Source: Camelus dromedarius (taxonomy: Eukaryota). From it: a DNA stretch of 64,000 nucleotides. This document shows positions 38,948-53,215 of this stretch, in pieces (the stretch's first letter is position 1; each line of letters opens with the position of its first letter). Location of the stretch: the NCBI RefSeq assembly GCF_036321535.1, contig NC_087436.1:69752001-69816000 (forward strand), read 5' to 3'. The position numbers were made by a program, and so were the translations under genes. Below the pieces are notes generated by a model. The model was not told where the DNA came from. It saw nothing but the letters and a program-made list of their open reading frames with translations, and did no database searches.

Positions 38948-41900
38948 GTAAGTGATTTCATGGTAAAACAGAAGTCATTGTGTAAAACCCATGGCAAATC
39001 ACTCTTTTACCATTTCTGGGTTTTGTTTGTTTCTTTGGTTTTTTAGCTTATCCCACAGCGTCTTATGTCTGCAAGCAACAGCAATGAGGTTAGTATAAAT
39101 ACTTAAAACAATGACCCCTGGTTTTTTGTTTGTTTCTTTTATGAAAGCCCAGTGGGGATGAGATAAAAGCCTTCCACTGATTTATATTTCAGTTCTGCCC
39201 AACAGCCCTTGTATCTAAATGCATTTCCAATCATCACATTTGTTTTGTACACCAGGTTATTTCTAGAATATTATTTTGCCTCCCTTGTTGGATTGCAAGT
39301 TTCTTAAAGGCAGAGACAGAGTCTTGCATATCTTTTAGTTCTAATAGCATCAATATGGGGTATATAGGAGTTCAAAAGATCATCAAATGACTAACTAAAC
39401 CACTGGCATGAGCTAAAGTTGTGCAATCTCACACACAGCAGGGGAGAGATAGTTAAAGCCTAACCTCTAATCACAGTATAAGCTTAGTGAGAAAACATCT
39501 CACCTCCAACAGGAAACTATGACCAGCCGGCTCTGACTTGTGTGATATTTGTAGCAAACGTTGTTCTTAATCATTTCAGCATGTGTAGTAATCTTGTTTT
39601 CATATTATTCTTCCTTTTCTAGTTACTGCTGAATCTTAATAATGCTCAGCTTCAGCCACTACAGCTTCAGGTACCCCAACCTCAATAATTATTTCAAGAA
39701 CATTTTTCTCCTGCTCATTTCTTATGGTACTTGGTATGAGAGCAGAGTGTTTTCTGATTCCATTTCTGAAATCTCAATTTTTAAAGCTATGAGTTTGTTC
39801 TATATATTTGAATTACCATCTGTTTAAAGACTAAAGTAAAAACTATCATCTGATTAACATTTATTTATTGAGAACTTTGTATATGCCAGGCACAGACTCT
39901 CACAACTATGAGATAGTTAAATTTACCAGTTTACACAAAGTCATACTCAGCTAACTGGTTTAAAAAAAAAAAAAAAAAGATTTGACACCAGTCTGGCAAC
40001 TACAAAAACTGCACCTTTTATCCACCTGATTCTGCTCCATATTCCTTATCATGACCACTGGGAATTTAGCATTGTTCATGCTATTTTGCTGGCTCATAAT
40101 GTGTCAAGATGCTGTCCTTTTTTATAATGTAGCAATGGAAATATAGATATTATTTAGGTTTTGTCTCTTTCTTGCTCAAGACTGATTTTAAATTCTTTTT
40201 GAAATGAAAGAGAAGTGCTTCCTTTCTTTCTTTTGTGTCCTCTCAGAGCCCGTTTAATTCCTGGATCCCTCCTTTCCCTGAGACACTACAACAGCAGCAG
40301 CAGGCTCCAATTCCAGGACTCTCCCAATTCTCATTATCAACTCTAGACCGGTTTGCTGGACTGTTCCCGAATCAGATACCCTTCCCAGGACAGGTCATTT
40401 TTACTCCAGGAACCCAGGCAGGACAGCTGGACCCCTCACAGCCTCAGACACCACCGCAGACCCAACAGGGCCCTAATGAGGTAAGTTGGGCCTCTTCCAT
40501 CTCGTTACCCCAAGGAGAGAGAATGCACGTTGAATGTGAAAAATAAATATGAATCAGCTTTGCAATAAGACAGGAGTTACTGAGCAAGAATTCTTTCTCA
40601 TAGTATGTTTCTACCATCACTGGAAGTACTTCCTCATCTTTCTGATTTCTGACATGAAAAAATGCCATGTAAATCAGCTCTTCTAGGTCACAGCCATGAA
40701 TCAAAAGTGTTACAGCATGCTTTGGAAAAGAAAATTAGGAAACTTGCATCTTTAAAAAAAAAGAAGGGAATTAGCATTAATGATGGTACATGTAATAGAT
40801 GACCTTTTGTCATCATCAAAGTCTGCAGATTATATATTTATATGGCTAGGTCTGAAGAAAACAGCTGTGGAATTTTAGATTAAAAAGTCAAGTATAACTT
40901 TTTACCATTCCTTTTTTGGCAGGTTATGCCCTCTTTGTTCACCTTCAGAATGCCTCAAGAGCCAGCACAGGTAAATGAAAGGAATACCATAGCCCCTGTA
41001 GAGAGATGGTTGCCTACTCTCTCCAGGGAATGCTTTCTTTTACATTTGTAGCCTTGACCCCTATAGCAGGGCTATAAAACCCACACAATGCTATCACTGT
41101 CTGGATACTACCATTGCTGGGCTGGCATCAGTTTGTTAATCTTAGGCTCACTTAACAGCTCCCAAAGGGAGGCCAGCTGAGAATCTCCAGGACCCCTGAG
41201 TTTCCAGGACATTACTGGGTTGGGAATTAAGGAGCTCACTAAGCCTGAGGTTCTGTCCTCTCTGCACCTAAAGCTCTGGCATTTTGGCATTTTGGCATTT
41301 GGGAAAAACTCTAGAAAAATGCTATGAGCTAACTTTGCCCAACTCTAAACTTTGTTTCAGGGAAAGATGCATTAAACTGATAAAATATAATATGATGTAG
41401 AGAGAGTTATGAAATTCTGCTCAAAACATTCCCAGGTTTTTATATATTTTCAGTTTAACTCCAAATGGTGGTGATTTCCATTTAATAAGAGAATCTTTTT
41501 AAATGAATTATTAAAGTAATATGGAAAAGCCTCTCAAGATCAGGCTAAACAATTTTATAATATCCTGGATTCAAAGAAATAGGAATATAGATAAATTATA
41601 TCATTCACCAGCGAATATTGACCATTTCATAAAAAGTTACACCACTTGGCTCTGGTATGATCACAATTATGTAATTTTGTCCATCCCTATTACAAAACAA
41701 AAGTTACCACTAGACATTATCTCATTCTATGCCACAGCATTTACAGAGTTAGATACCCGACAAGTGGAATGACTTCATTTTAAGGATGAAGAAGCCAGTG
41801 TTAATGAGATTAAGCTCCCAATCCTGATGCAAATAAACAGCTGAGTTGGAATGTAATTCTTCACCCTTCCTTTAACCACTAAACCAGTGGCTCCCCACCC

Positions 41901-44900
41901 TAGCTTTGCATTAGAATCTCTGGTGACGATCTCGAAAATTACAAATATCTGGACCCTGCCCACACCTAATGAATCAAACCCCCATGAGCAGACCGCAAAT
42001 ATGATTATCTGTTAAAATGTTCAATCAGTGATTTTGAGTCTTAGCCAGGATTAAGAACTGCTGTGTGAAATACACCTCTTCTTAAATCATAGTTATTGTT
42101 TTTTAACTCATACCCAACATAGTCTCTTATTAAATCATACGAGGAAACAAAACCCCATGCATGTACAACGATACCGTTTTTTTTAAACACATATGCATAT
42201 ACAGACACACACACATAAGTGGATGCCAATATGTGATAATGTGAGTGGTGAAACTGTGGGTGATCTTATTTGTTCCTTGTCTATTTCTGGTTTTTCCAAA
42301 TATTCTATGATGCATATGGATTGCTTTAATCAAATGGCAGTTATTGAAGGCAATATGTTCTTGACCATTTATTATGGTAGCAATTCTAATACCATGTCCT
42401 GCAGAATGAAGATTCTAAAAAAAATGTAGGGACAATGTTGCATAGGCTAGCTTCTTCTTAGATATTTACAAAGAACATACGTATATGAATTTTATATACA
42501 AAGTCCAAGGTGCTCTTTTAAAAAGCCCGTTATTTAGTTGAATCTACTACTTCCTAATGTGTTTGACCAAGTAACCTTGAAACAAAGCCCAGTGTTATGT
42601 GCAATACAAATTTTTTTTAAAGTTTGGGAAGGACTCTTTATGTGTTCTTTTGTTCATAGAATTACTAAATATAAATCAGTTTTAAAATATTAACATTAGA
42701 AGACTTAAAAAAAAAAAGGCCTGCGTTGATCTAAAGGAAGCTCCTCTGTACTCTTCTGTTTACAAACAGATGTTTCAATACTACCCAGTTTACGTGCTCC
42801 TGCCCTGGGAACAACCTCAACAAACAGCCGCCTGGTCCCCTCCACAAACAGGACAGCAGCTATTCGAGGAGCAGGTATTTCAAGTGTTTGATTTTAATAT
42901 GACTAGTTCCACCTGAGAATAAAGAATATACGGTACATTTTCAGAGAAGGGAACATCTGATTATGCTTAGTGCAAAAACTCAACAGCTTGGACTGGTCAT
43001 AAGAGGATATTGTGCTTCCCCTTAAAGTGACACTAATTTGGAAATACACTCCAAGGCTGAATTTTGAAAGAACAAAGTCACTGAACAGATGTCAATAAAA
43101 TCAGAGGCCAAAAGCTGACTCATATTAGAAAATGAAGTTTTATAACTTTTAAAAATCTACCAGCATCCCTTTTGTCATATATCCACGTAGCCATTATTTT
43201 TTAAAAAATAGCTGCCAAGATTAAAGGGCACTTATGATCACTAGGTATTGAAATACAGTTAGATAACATTATATTGAGTTTCGTGGACATGCAAGAAATT
43301 GGTAGAATTCTAATAGAAATTCAGGTGGCTCATACATAGCTAGATTTCTTTTTAAAAAATTTATCATTGCTTAAAACTTGCCAAATCAACTAGAGAAAAC
43401 TGAAAACTAAGCTTTAAATGGCTGGTAGAAGTACTTCCAATGAAGTCATGTAAATTTAAAGAGAAAGGGAGAGGTTTAATCTAGAAATCATATGGCGTTA
43501 AAAGGATACAACCTACAACTTTAAAAAAAAACTTTAAGTATAATATAAATACATAGATAAAATTCTAAGTAATCAGTTATCACAAAATTATGACAGAATC
43601 ATAAGAACAAATCTAATGTATTTTTCAAAATTCTGACAGATGCCATTCTATACTGAATTCGGATATATTCCACAACAAGCAGAACCTGTAAGTAAATGCA
43701 TACTTCCCCTTAAAAGTAAAAATTAATTTTTGAGATGACTTGCTTCCTAAACTGTTAAATCTGTCAGTGCTCTTCAGTCAAAACCCACCGGTAACACACC
43801 TCTCATTGGACAGAGCTGGATTTACCCACTCACTGTAACAGGGGAGAACACACACCATGGGGAGCCATGGGGTCTTCACAGGAAGGTACTGAAATGACTT
43901 CTCAGAGGGTCTGGGCTTGTGTCAGGTGATAGTGGGGAGAATTCAAGGAGTCATGGCTCACTTTGGATTAGGTGTTCTCAGGAAGTGGGGGTAGTTCTAT
44001 GATTTGGGTAATCTACCTATTTGTACCTAGAAGATCAGAACAATGGAGCGAGGCAACGGCCGTGACTGGTAAAGAAGCAGTTCTCCAGATTAGCCAGGAC
44101 CCGAGGATGCCTGGTATTTTTGTGCCCGGCACAGGGACCTGGCTTTAGACAAAGTTACACAGTGGTGTTGTTTTGGTCGCACTTTGTCATGCTCAGAGGT
44201 GACCTGGTCTGATGTTCGTGTTGGGTGGGATTTTTTAACATACAACAGGAGAGCACCAGGGCCTGGCAGTGAATGTCAGACCAGCTCCTGACGACGCAGA
44301 AGCAAAGCTGCTGGGTCAGACCAGTTTCTTACTGTGAGGAGCTGCTTTTCTCTTTCTCAAATCTAAGTTATTGTTTTCATTTTGAAGAAACTAATTGAAG
44401 AAGTTGGGAAGTGTTAACTGCATTGGGTGCAAAACAACATATTTTATAGATTCATAATTTAGACTTTTTTAAATTTCCCAATTTTTCAGGTTAGACCAGG
44501 AGGACAGCAGCAACCAGTCTTTGATCCCTTCCTAGGCACAGCTCCTGAACCTGCTGTGATGGTACGTTTCCTTACCACAACCTGCTAGCTACTCGAAGTC
44601 AGCAACTGACAGACTACGGGCTCTTGCCCTCTTGTTCATTTCGATGAAAATATTATTATTCCATCAACAATTATTACTCCTTCCCTTGTAATCTCTTGCC
44701 ACTCAAGATTCAATTTGCTCAGTCCATCAAATATTTATTGAGGGGCTACTACATGCCAGATGCTTTCCATAGGTACACTCATTTAAAATCTGGTATTAAG
44801 AGACATCCATGTTTACTGGTATATATTCATAGTCTTTCTAAAAGATAGATTATAATCTAGAAAATTAATAAACGTATTTATTTCTTAAGTAAAGTCTTGG

Positions 44901-45412
44901 CTTTGCATCTCACTCCTTTTGCTTTATACTCTTCCCAATTTTGACCTTGTGCATGGAGCCTGTAACCACTTTATTTTCTTTCTCACCCCCTATAGCCAGC
45001 AGGAAGAGTGTTACCGAATTTACAAAAAGAAATGATAAACTTTAAGCACACCAATGCAGGAATTGTCATTCCTTCAACTTCACAAAAACCCAGCACAAGT
45101 GTTTTTACTTCTGCTATAGACCCAACTATTACTCCAGAGCTCATGAAAAAGAAGGTAATCAAAGATTCATTTTACATAAGAAACTGGTGTCTAATAGAAA
45201 ATATAAAGTTAGTGCTTAATTTACAGGACTTAGTCACAGAAATAATGATAGCATAAATGATATAGTAGAATTTATCCTTTGAATAGGAAGGCTAATAATT
45301 GCTTACTAATAATCCACTAGTCAGAATATAATTTAATTTTGATTTAATAAAAACTTCCTATGAACATCCTTTTCCTCACTAGGCCAAGACTGATAACCTA
45401 AAGGAACCGTAA
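38897..45412 (+). CDS. ODAM: ODAM, odontogenic ameloblast-associated protein, 278 aa: join(38897-38947,39047-39088,39623-39670,40247-40480,40923-40970,42770-42874,43640-43687,44490-44561,44996-45154,45383-45412)
   Basis: All exons have AG/GT borders and phase 0; [57 protein letters not shown]...|VMPSLF..|MFQYYPVY..|[24 protein letters not shown]..|[16 protein letters not shown]..|AKTDNLKEP*; intact ORF. Confidence 0.97.
39047..39088 (+). CDS. ODAM: ODAM exon with terminal S-x-E motif
   Basis: [14 protein letters not shown]|gttagt. Confidence 0.95.
39623..39670 (+). CDS. ODAM: ODAM exon
   Basis: [16 protein letters not shown]|gtaccc. Confidence 0.93.
40247..40480 (+). CDS. ODAM: ODAM P/Q-rich exon
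   Basis: [19 protein letters not shown]...QTQQGPNE|gtaagt. Confidence 0.95.
40923..40970 (+). CDS. ODAM: ODAM exon
   Basis: [16 protein letters not shown]|gtaaat. Confidence 0.92.
41885..42063. mobile_element. MER5A-like hAT-Charlie element in an ODAM intron
   Basis: cagtggctcccc...gcattagaatc...cagtgatttt...ttaagaactgctg. Confidence 0.7.
42770..42874 (+). CDS. ODAM: ODAM exon
   Basis: [18 protein letters not shown]...LFEEQ|gtattt. Confidence 0.95.
43640..43687 (+). CDS. ODAM: ODAM exon
   Basis: [16 protein letters not shown]|gtaagt. Confidence 0.95.
43762..44359 (-). mobile_element. Solo ERV1-type LTR in an ODAM intron
   Basis: TG...CA termini with 4-bp TSD AATC (43758-43761 / 44360-44363); GC-richer than flanks. 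Confidence 0.7.
44490..44561 (+). CDS. ODAM: ODAM exon
   Basis: [24 protein letters not shown]|gtacgt. Confidence 0.93.
44996..45154 (+). CDS. ODAM: ODAM exon
   Basis: [18 protein letters not shown]...ITPELMKKK|gtaatc. Confidence 0.95.
45383..45412 (+). CDS. ODAM: ODAM last coding exon (exon continues to 45438)
   Basis: [12 protein letters not shown]; donor gag|gtaggt. Confidence 0.93.
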   Translation, partial: AKTDNLKEP

Positions 45413-46419
45413 GATGTACTAATCATTCAAAGTTTGAGGTAGGTATTTGCCAAGAGGCATTCATTAAGTATCATGACATATCCTAAATTACAAAAAAAAA
45501 AAAAAAAGTCAAGGGAACTAATGAAAAGATCTACAACAAAACGAAAAAAAAAAAAATCCAAGTCAGTGCTTATATATTCCTATAAAGCTAATAATAATCA
45601 TGATATTTTAGCAATTTTCTAAAAATCAGAAATTTTTGAGGATCTTATCTGCCTATGCCATAAACCTGGCATAAACTTTGAAAACACAAATAGTACATAT
45701 TCTAATCCATGTAAAAGACATTCTACAGGCATCAAATACAAAGTCAGTTCTCCCAAATCACCACTTCACTTTGCAAGCTAAAAGTTGTAACAGTGCCAAA
45801 ACATTTGTATCAGATTAGCATGAAATAAAGTCTCAAAATGATAAAAAAAAAAAATTGCACTATCACATGGAAATTTAAAATTCTGTATTTTATATCAAAT
45901 ATAACTTTAATTGACTCCCTTTCCTCATGGGCTTAGTTGGCTGTGAGGCTAGTGGGTGTTTGATAAAAAAAAAGCAGGATGGGATGACAACAAGAAGCAA
46001 AAAATACACATGAAAAAGCAAACAATTTGGCCTGAAAGGGAAAAGTAAACGGCAAAGGTTTTTGAAATCCCCTCCCTGCGACCTGTGAGTATCTTCTGAT
46101 TCCTCCTTCTATGAAAATGAATACTCGGCTTTCTTCAGATTAAAAAAAAGTCTACAAAAATGCAACCAGAAATGAATTGCATGAACACCTGTTTAGAAAA
46201 GTCTGTCTACAATGCACCATTTTGTCCAGTGCAAACCAATTCAAACTACCTAATCAGAAGTACTAAAGAGATTTTATATGTAAAGTGTGGCCTTCACTCT
46301 GTGTGGCATCAATGCCAGAAGGAGTTTTCTATATCTTTTTAAGCAACTTAGAAATATCCGGGAAATTTTACAGAAAACAGTCTAATGGTATTAAAATGCT
46401 CTTCTATTTTGTTTTTCAG

Positions 46420-46685
46420 AGAACAAGATGTGGCAGTGCCTTGGATATCATTTGAGGCTATTTGCTTCCCCGATGCTAATATCAGTTCTTTGAAAAATAG
46501 AAAATAGTTTGTCTCTTCTCCTGAATGCCTTTCTACTTACACTCTTTCAATAAGTCATAGGAAAATAATACAATTATTTAGTAAGCCTTATCTTTACAAA
46601 ATTATATTTCTTTTTAAATATACTTTCATTGCATAATCTGGAAAGTAACAACAATGAGAATAAAGCTAATATCACTGAATGAATT
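46420..46685 (+). other. ODAM: ODAM terminal 3'UTR exon
   Basis: ttttgtttttcag| acceptor; AATAAA at 46659; 3' end approximate. Confidence 0.7.
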
Positions 46686-47206
46686 GTATAACTGCAATTA
46701 ATAAAGGAAGGTGCTGGAAAATGGTGGCCTCAATAAGAATAAAGATATCCTATGGTTGGATTTATAAGTGTGGTGACTGAGACTGATGAACTCAAGTACA
46801 TACTTAGCTTTGACATACAACTTCATTATTTCCCCCAGGCCCATTCAGCAGATTCCTTCTGATGCACTCTCCATTAGAATCAGAATTATTTGGTGGCAGA
46901 TATCATTAAGCGCATGCTGTCAATATGACCCAGCTACATGGAGAGATGGCTGTCATCACCCAAAAGGATAGGTCCTCCGGAAGATGTACACTGGTTTGGG
47001 GAGGCAACATCCTGTACAAAATAGGACATGGATTTTGGATTTCATCAGATGTGGCTTTCAATCTGGCTTGGAAACTTCAGCAAGTCCCTTACACTGAGTC
47101 TCAATCTTCCCAGATGTAAAACAGACATAGCAATATCTATCTTTTCAAAGTCTCTGAAAGGGCTACATGAAATAATACACGTAAGATACTTGGCTCATAC
47201 AAAGTA

Positions 47207-47427
47207 CAGTTGACTCTTGAACAACACGGATTTGAACAGCAGGGGTCTAGCTATACGTGGATTTTTATTTTCAATAAATACCTACAACCATACTACACGA
47301 TCTGTGGCTGGTTGAATCCTCAGATGTGGAACCACGGATATGGAGTGCCGATTGAAAATTTATAAATGGATTTTTGACTATGTGGGGGTTGGTACCCCTA
47401 ACCCCCACCTTGTTCAAGGGTCAACTC
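47207..47427. mobile_element. Tigger2-type (TcMar) non-autonomous DNA transposon next to a MIR (~47030-47205)
   Basis: TIRs cagttgactcttgaacaa / ttgttcaagggtcaact, preceded by TA. Confidence 0.8.
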
Positions 47428-49054
47428 AGAAAAATGTTAATTTTCCCCCATTTACTTGTGGAAGTACTATGGAAGTACTTCTTAATGTATTTTCTCAGCT
47501 TTGGAACTTCAGCTGAAATTCTGAGAAGACAGGAAAATTGACATTCAGTATACTTCACATATTTGTATGTAGATGTGTGTTGATGTGTGTGAGTGTATGT
47601 GTATGAAAAGAAAAATGAATGAGTGGGTAAATGAATGAATGAGTAAATATGTATTAGGTGGTTTCAAACAAATTTAATTAGTATTTTAGGCTTTAAATTT
47701 GATCACAATTTCTAGAGTCTTATCTTTTTCCAGCATTTAGTAGTGTTCTGACTCTGGAAACTGCTACTTACCCAATGGAAAGGTAATCCAATAATCACCT
47801 ATTCTACCTTCATTTTATACTTTATCCTATTTTCCCTAAATTGGTGGGTTGAGTGAAAGTAATTCTGGGTGATTGACAGACTTCTTAATATTGGACATGA
47901 TTTAGGGAATTGTACAAGATATCTGATAAGATGCAAGTATTCAGCATGTAGGAACATTGTGTTCTGAAATTCCAAGAGTTTGTGTGGTCATTGAAAATTA
48001 TATAAGGTAATCCATGCTGAGTGTTTAGAATACATTCCGGAATACAGCAAGTATTTGACTTTTCTCGTTAAGGGGGAGGAGAAAAGGGATGGTCAGAGAC
48101 TAAAGAAGAGAAATGGGCACAGCACAGCTATTCTATTTGACGGTTCAATGAAGAGAAGCAGAACTTAGGAAAAACTGCAAAACTCTAAGCATCATGCTAT
48201 AATCAAGTCAAGAGTTTGACAATATTAGGGGTTACAATAATAAAGGCTTTAAAAAATACACAAATGTTATCAATACATGAACATATAAACACATTAAAGG
48301 GCTAAATTCTACATAAATAAAGTAATGCAAGGATAAACATTAAGAAGTTACTTCAAGAAAATGTTTTGATAAAACATAAATATTGAGCTAAGCATGCTGT
48401 ATTTTTTATTTTATTTCAGGCAATATTAAAAAGACCTTATTACTCTGGATGTTTTTAACAAATCCAATTTAGTGACTCAGCTTAAAAAATAAATTCCCTA
48501 ATCTCAGACTGTTCAGGATCCAATCTGCTTCAGGAAGCTGTTAAGTCTTGTTAAGGTATTCCTGAGCAACAACTATGTTTGAAAACACGCATACTATAAT
48601 CACCATCAGTGAAATAGTCTATGTTTTCAAACTACTTTATACAGAAGTTTTAAACACTATCATTTTTGTTACCAAAGTTAGGAAGACAAGAAGGTACGCT
48701 TTATGGAAATATCACTGCAATACATGCAAAGAACTGTATTTTATTGTGTTGGTTTTAATCCTAGCATCTCAACTTCCCCATCCCAGGCCAGTGAAAGAAA
48801 GGCAAAGCAGAAAAAGCACCTCAATTTTGAACAGATCTGATCAGAAAACTCCTATGCAGAATAATTTCCCTAGAATCAGTTTTGCTTACATTTGGTAATC
48901 CACACTGTAGCCTCAAAACTTTCCCTACCAACCTTCTCACTGAGTGCTTCCTATCTAATGTATTATGAGAGCATTAGTTCAGGACAGACATATGGAATCC
49001 ATGTATGATCTCACCCCCAAAATTGCATACATGACCAATCCATCATCACAGTCT

Positions 49055-51515
49055 AGTAACACTTTAAAATGCATAGAGTTTAAGTGTGTAGTTTGATGGG
49101 TTTGAGTTACATATACATATAAATGTACGTACCTAGGCCTATCAAGACACAGAACATTTCCATCACCCCCGCAAAGTCCCCTCCTTCTCTTTTCCAGTCA
49201 ATCTAGTCTCCCCATTCTCACGACAGGTTACTACTTAAAAAAATAAAATTTCTATCAACGTATATTAATTTTGCCTATTCTGGAGCTCCGTATAAAGTAG
49301 ATCATACACTGTGTATTCTTTTGTGCCAGCTTATTTTACTCAATATAATACTTTTGTGAATCCATGTCGTTGCCTAAATTGTGTGTTATATTGTACGAAG
49401 GTACTACAGTTTCTTTTAACTATTCTCCTATTGAGGAACATTTGGGTTGCTTCTAATTATTGGCCACTTGGCATAAAGCTGCTATGAAGCTCCTGTACAA
49501 GTCTTTTTGTAAACATATGTTTTCATTGCTGTTGAGTAAATACCAAAAAGTGGAGATAAAGCATAGGGTAAGTTTATTATAAGTAACTCCTAAGTAGTTT
49601 CCTATGTGACTGTACCATTTTATACTCTGATCAGTAATATGAATACTAGTTCCTCCACCTTCTGGCCAACATTTAGAATTGTCTTTATATACATATATGG
49701 CAATTATATATATAAATATATATATATAAAATCATTTTCATGAATTCCTCTTTTGTCAAATGTCCTTTCAAAATTAGCCTTCACAAAGTTTGACCTCTAC
49801 CCTCTCTTCTCCCTCCCTTTCAAAAATCAACACATGAACATTTCTATTGTTGTGACTTTAATAAACACTTATAAGTAATCACTGACTTCTAAATCTATAT
49901 CTCAACCTAACATATTAAATAGTTAAGTTTATATCTACTCTATCATATAGTTCAGAATTTTATGTCTTTTTAATTTTAGCTATTTAACAAGTAACAAGTA
50001 TGACGATGCATCTCATGGCTTTAATCTGTGTTTTCCTGATGACTAGTAATATGTGTTTTTTTCTATACTTCTGGCCATTTGTATATCTTTATTTTTGAAA
50101 ATTACATTCAAGCATTTCATTTATATTCATATGACTGAGTTTTAAGAGGTTTTTATGTGTTCTGGATTATGTAATTTGTCAAATAAATATTATTGTGAAC
50201 ACTTGTCCCAGTCTGGAGCTTGTCTTTTCACTTCATAGTGTGGTTTTTGAAGAGCAGAATTTTTTATTTTGGTGCAGTTCAATTGTCAGTTTTTGGAGAT
50301 TAGTGTCTTGTGTCCTAGTAAAGAAATGTTCACCTAACCCAAAGTAATGAATATATTCTCCTATGTTTTCTTACAAAATTTTTAATGGTTTAGCTTTTAC
50401 ATTTAGATCTGTAGCCACTGATTTCTGTATAGTGTGAAGATACAGGTCAAGGATAGTTCTTTCCACACAGATGCCTAGTTGATCCAGTATCATTTGTTAA
50501 AAAGATTGTCCTTTTCTTACTGAATTGCCTTGGGATCTTTATTGAAAACCAATTGACTATGCATCTGCATCTATTTTTGGATTCTATTCCATTTAACTGC
50601 TTTTTTTAGTCTTTGCATTAATATTGCAGTCTTGATTATTATAGTGATGTCTTTTGTATTTCCATATAAATTTCAGAGTCAGTTTCTCAGTTTCTTCTCT
50701 GCTTGAGTTTTAATGGGATAGTGTTGAATTTCTAGATCAGGAAAGATTTGGCATCTTAACCATGCTGAGTATTCCAATTCATGAATGTGGCATATACTTA
50801 TTTAGGTTATTTCATATTTATCTCTGAAATGTTTTGTGGTTTTCAGTGAAGAGGTCTTGCAATATCTGTTAAACTTTTTTCTAAATATATTTATGTTTTT
50901 AAATTCCATTTATTTATTTTCCATTTTTTAGCACATAGAAATGCAGTTGACTTTTGTACATTGAGCTTGTATGCCATTATCCTGCTAAATACATTTATTA
51001 GGTTCCACATCTGCTTTGCAGATTCCATATTATTTTCCAGCTAAAAAAACACATTTTCTGGAAAAAAAAATAATTCCACTTGTTTCTATTCATTCTGTAC
51101 ATCTTTAACTGTTTTTCTTGCCTTGTTACACTGATTAGGGTGTCCAGTGTAATGGTGATTAGAAGGCACAAAAGTGGATATACTTGCATTGTTTCTGATA
51201 GTAGGAAGAAAGCATTTATTATTTCACAGTTAAGTAAGATGTCAGCTTTACATTTCCCATAAATTACCCATATGAGATTGTGGAATTTCACTTTTACACT
51301 TAGTTTGATGAGAATTTTTATTATGAATGGATTTTGACTTTTGTTAAATAAATTATCTGCATTTACTGAAATAAAAACATGAATGTTCCCTTTCATTTAG
51401 TTAATGTAGTAAATTATATTGTTTTATTTTTCAATGTTAAACTAACCTTTCAATCCTGGGGAGAAAATGCCAATTTGTTATAATGTGATATCTTTTTAAA
51501 ATATTACTGTATTCT
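49055..51515 (-). mobile_element. Old L1M element (3'UTR + ORF2 remnants); probably continues ~52655-53000
   Basis: Antisense 3'UTR motifs; ORF 50998-51396(-) HVFISVNADNLFNKSQNPFIIK resembles L1 RT [22 protein letters not shown]. Confidence 0.85.
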
Positions 51516-51519
51516 GACA

Positions 51520-51583
51520 TAAATCTTAGCAATGTTCTCCTAGGGCAGTCTACTTAGGCAATAGAAATAAAAGCAAAAATATT

Positions 51584-51624
<41 letters not shown>

Positions 51625-52650
51625 AGAAATAAAAGCAAGAATAAACAAATGGAACCTAATTAAATTATAAGCTTTTACACAGCAAAGGAAACCATGAAGA
51701 AAACAAAAATATAGCCTACAGAATGGTAGAAAATGTTTGCAAATGATACGACTGACAAGGACTTAATTTCCATACAACTTAATAACAAAAAAAAGAAACT
51801 ACCCAATCCAAAAATGACCTAAACAAGCAATTCTCCAATGAAGACATACAAATGGCCAATAGGCACATGAAAAAAAGCTCAATATCATTAATTATCAGAA
51901 AAATGCAAATGAAAACTACAATAAGGTGTAACCTCACACCAGTCAGAATGGCCATCATCCAAAAGTCCACAAACAATAAACGTTGGAGAGGGTGTGGAGA
52001 AAAGGGAACCCTTCTACACTGTTGGTGGGAATACAGTTTGGTGAAGCCATTAGGGAAAACAGTATGGAGAGTCCTCAAAAAACTAAAAAACAGACTTACC
52101 ATATGATCCAGCAATCCCACTGCTGGGCATATAACCAGAGGTAACCTTAATTCAAAAAGATATATGCACCCCAATGTTCACAATAGCCAAGACATGGAAG
52201 CAACCTAAAAGTCTATTGACAGAGGACTGGATAAAGAAGTTGTGGTACATTTATACAATGGAATACTACTCAGCCATAAATAAAGAATAAAATAATGCCA
52301 TTTGCAGCAACATGGATGGAGCTAGAGATTGTCATTCTAAGTGAAGTAAGGCAGAAAGAGGAAAATATCATATGATACCACTCATATGTTGAGTCTTTTT
52401 TTTAAAAAAGACACAAATGAATCTATTTATAAAACAGAAACAGAGTTACAGACATAGAAGACAAACATGGTTACCAGGGGGAAAGGGGTTGGGAATGGAT
52501 AAACTGGGAGTTCAAGATTTGCAGATACTAACTACTATATATAAAATACATAAACAACAAGTTTATACTGTATAGCACACGAAACTGTATTCAATACCTT
52601 ACAGTAACCTATAATGAAAAAGAATATGAAAATGAATATATGTATTTATA
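51520..52650 (+). mobile_element. Younger L1 (camelid-type) 3' part inserted in the old L1
   Basis: ORF 51852-52106 [23 protein letters not shown]...[14 protein letters not shown] is the L1 ORF2 C-terminus, followed by 3'UTR. Confidence 0.92.
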
Positions 52651-53007
52651 TGTTTGGTTAATTTTTCTCTGAGTAATTCAGTTTGGAAAATTTTTACTGA
52701 CATTCTTTGAATTCACTGATCTTTTCTTCCATTATATCCAATCTGCTTGCTGATAATCTCATCCAATGAATTTTTTATTTCAGGATTTTAAAATTAAGTT
52801 CTGGGGTTTCCATTTGATTTTTTAACAATTTTCTTATCTTTCCAGAAATTTTCTAATATTTCACTCAACACATTTATTAATAATATTCCTATAAATTCTT
52901 CAACATGTTTAATCTTACTTTAAAATTCTTCTCTGTTGATTTCAATAGATTGTGGGTCTGTTTCTATTGACTGATTTTACTTTTGAATATGGGTAACATT
53001 TCTTTGT

Positions 53008-53215
53008 ATGATGGGTAGTTTTACATGTCAACTTGACTTGCAGCAGAGTGTCTAGATTAAACATTATTTCTGAGTTTGTCTGTGAAAGTGTTTCTGAATG
53101 AGATTAGCATTTGACTTTATGGACTCCACAGAGTAGATTGTTCTGTTCATTTTGGGTGGGCAGCATCCAATCCATTGACAGCCTGAATAGAACAACAGGC
53201 AGAAGAAAGATATTT
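53008..53215 (+). mobile_element. MLT2 LTR fragment
   Basis: tgatgggtagttttacatgtcaacttgac...gagattagcatttga. Confidence 0.7.

Noticed and set aside
50998..52174. 130-aa ORFs as genes
   Set aside because: L1 ORF2 remnants or antisense L1 frames
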